Source: a virus
Direction: 5' to 3' (one strand)
Virus record (IMG/VR): IMGVR_UViG_3300009164_000039
DNA length: 64,000 bases
Below, one piece after another: positions 63,028 through 64,000 of this stretch. The notes under the pieces are model-generated. The model saw nothing but the letters and a program-made list of their open reading frames with translations, ran no database searches and had not been told where the DNA came from. The position numbers were made by a program, and so were the translations under genes. The stretch's first letter is position 1; each line of letters starts with the position of its first letter.

Positions 63028-63358
63028 TTTTTGGTACCTTTATGTCATGGTCGATAATGTTGTCTGGCCATTTTAATATGAACAGACTGGCTTCTGGTGC
63101 AAACTCTTCTCTCATGTGTAGCATGTATGTGCCACTACCGTCGTTGAACTTGTGGCTCCACTTGGCGCCCACACCTGGCATGCGAACACGATAGTGTTTT
63201 TCTACCTTGTGCCCACCACGCATGGTATAGTGTGGATCTGCAATCTCCTGGGCTTCTGCGCCCATCATGACCCACCAGTCAACCATCTCTTGGGTGAGCG
63301 CATAGCAAACAACTCTAAATGGCCTTAGCGCCACCACGCCGGGTGAGATAACTTTCAT
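63002..63358 (-). CDS. Hypothetical protein
   Basis: 118-aa ORF overlapping both neighbours. Confidence 0.55.
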   Translation of the reverse strand: MKVISPGVVALRPFRVVCYALTQEMVDWWVMMGAEAQEIADPHYTMRGGHKVEKHYRVRMPGVGAKWSHKFNDGSGTYMLHMREEFAPEASLFILKWPDNIIDHDIKVPKNDYEEQTY

Positions 63359-63788
63359 TGTGTTCCCAATCTGTTCGTGGATTCTTACCTGTCAAGAATC
63401 CCCATTCTCGTTTGTGTGGTCCGGGCATGAACAAGGTCCAGGCAGTCACGCCAGGATCCAATTCGATGCGATGATAACTGCCAGCACTGCAAGTGCGAAA
63501 GTGTCCGGGCCCACGCCAGTAACGAATCTCGTTGATTTTCTCGCCAATTGTATTAAAAACTGGAACCCATTCATAATAGCCACCTTTCAGTATTAGCGTT
63601 GCATACGGCCACGGATGATCATGAACATCATCTGGATCGCCTTTCAGGAACTTGTGTAAAAACACATTGAACGGAAAACGCTCTCGTTCTTTCAAGAACA
63701 AGTAATAGCGTTCCAAGTAAGGTTCGTTGGCAATCCTGTCATAGATCACACGCTTACGACCCAACCGTTCAAGCAATTTAAGAAACAT
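63315..63788 (-). CDS. Cupin-fold metalloprotein
   Basis: 'FLHKF...D.DDVHDHPW...LILKGGY.E', 'YHRIEL', 'WTLF..G...REWGF'. Confidence 0.65.
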   Translation of the reverse strand: MFLKLLERLGRKRVIYDRIANEPYLERYYLFLKERERFPFNVFLHKFLKGDPDDVHDHPWPYATLILKGGYYEWVPVFNTIGEKINEIRYWRGPGHFRTCSAGSYHRIELDPGVTAWTLFMPGPHKREWGFLTGKNPRTDWEHNESYLTRRGGAKAI

Positions 63789-63789
63789 G

Positions 63790-63999
63790 TTATTCCTTAT
63801 CGTTGGCACCAACAGAGCTGCCTTTGTAGTTAGGTGATTTTAACAGATCTTGCACACGTTCTGCAACCATTGATGTTGCCGAACTTGGAGGAACTGCACC
63901 GTATCCTGGGTCTAGCCGTGTCGTGCCTGTGGATGTTTGATTTTGTGCCCAGATTGTGCCGGGTGGATAAGTAATAGGATGCGTTGGCCAACCAGTGCC
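63790..63999 (-). CDS. C-terminal end of a hypothetical protein running in from beyond the window
   Basis: Open frame GTGWPTHPITYPPG...ANDKE* ending 1 nt before ATG 63788. Confidence 0.55.
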   Translation of the reverse strand, partial: GTGWPTHPITYPPGTIWAQNQTSTGTTRLDPGYGAVPPSSATSMVAERVQDLLKSPNYKGSSVGANDKE

Positions 64000-64000
64000 T

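Noticed and set aside
1-64000. CRISPR array, tRNA/rRNA genes, integrase/transposase, reverse transcriptase (DGR/retron)
   Set aside because: None recognised. All tandem repeats are in-frame coding repeats, and intergenic gaps are too short or are explained by promoters.
1-64000. Stop-codon reassignment as seen in some large phages
   Set aside because: Genes are full length and tightly packed under the standard bacterial code, and TAA, TGA and TAG (for example 52494) all end genes.

Overview
This is a 64-kb segment of a large tailed dsDNA phage (Caudoviricetes, myovirus-like, with T4-style TAAATA late promoters and a T4 RNase H-like gene). No tRNA, rRNA, CRISPR array, integrase or transposase was recognised. 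The + strand from 1 to 38 kb is a late region. It starts with a 5'-truncated giant virion protein (>3700 aa, seven FG-GAP blades) and baseplate and tail-fibre genes. These are followed by a 17-kb tailoring operon with four glycosyltransferase-like genes, six tandem N-terminal-twitch radical SAM genes, two SGNH-like genes, a 32-aa peptide and a NodU/TobZ-type carbamoyltransferase. The - strand from 38 to 64 kb carries a DesV-like aminotransferase, a clear DesII homologue, an SDR epimerase, thyA/folA, a MoxR AAA-VWA pair, many small sigma70-driven early genes, RNase H, and a queE / DesI(VioA)-like aminotransferase / HIT / queD x2 / cytidylyltransferase / thioesterase / PRTase / cupin cluster. 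Four observations stand out. (1) At least five small membrane proteins are overprinted in the +1 frame inside the radical SAM and carbamoyltransferase genes, each with its own Shine-Dalgarno site or stop-start coupling. (2) The phage encodes a desosamine-type deoxyamino-sugar route (DesI-, DesII- and DesV-like). (3) The radical SAM / glycosyltransferase / carbamoyltransferase array lies beside the fibre genes. (4) A preQ1-I-like pseudoknot leader precedes queD. All functional calls come from motif recognition by eye; no searches were run.
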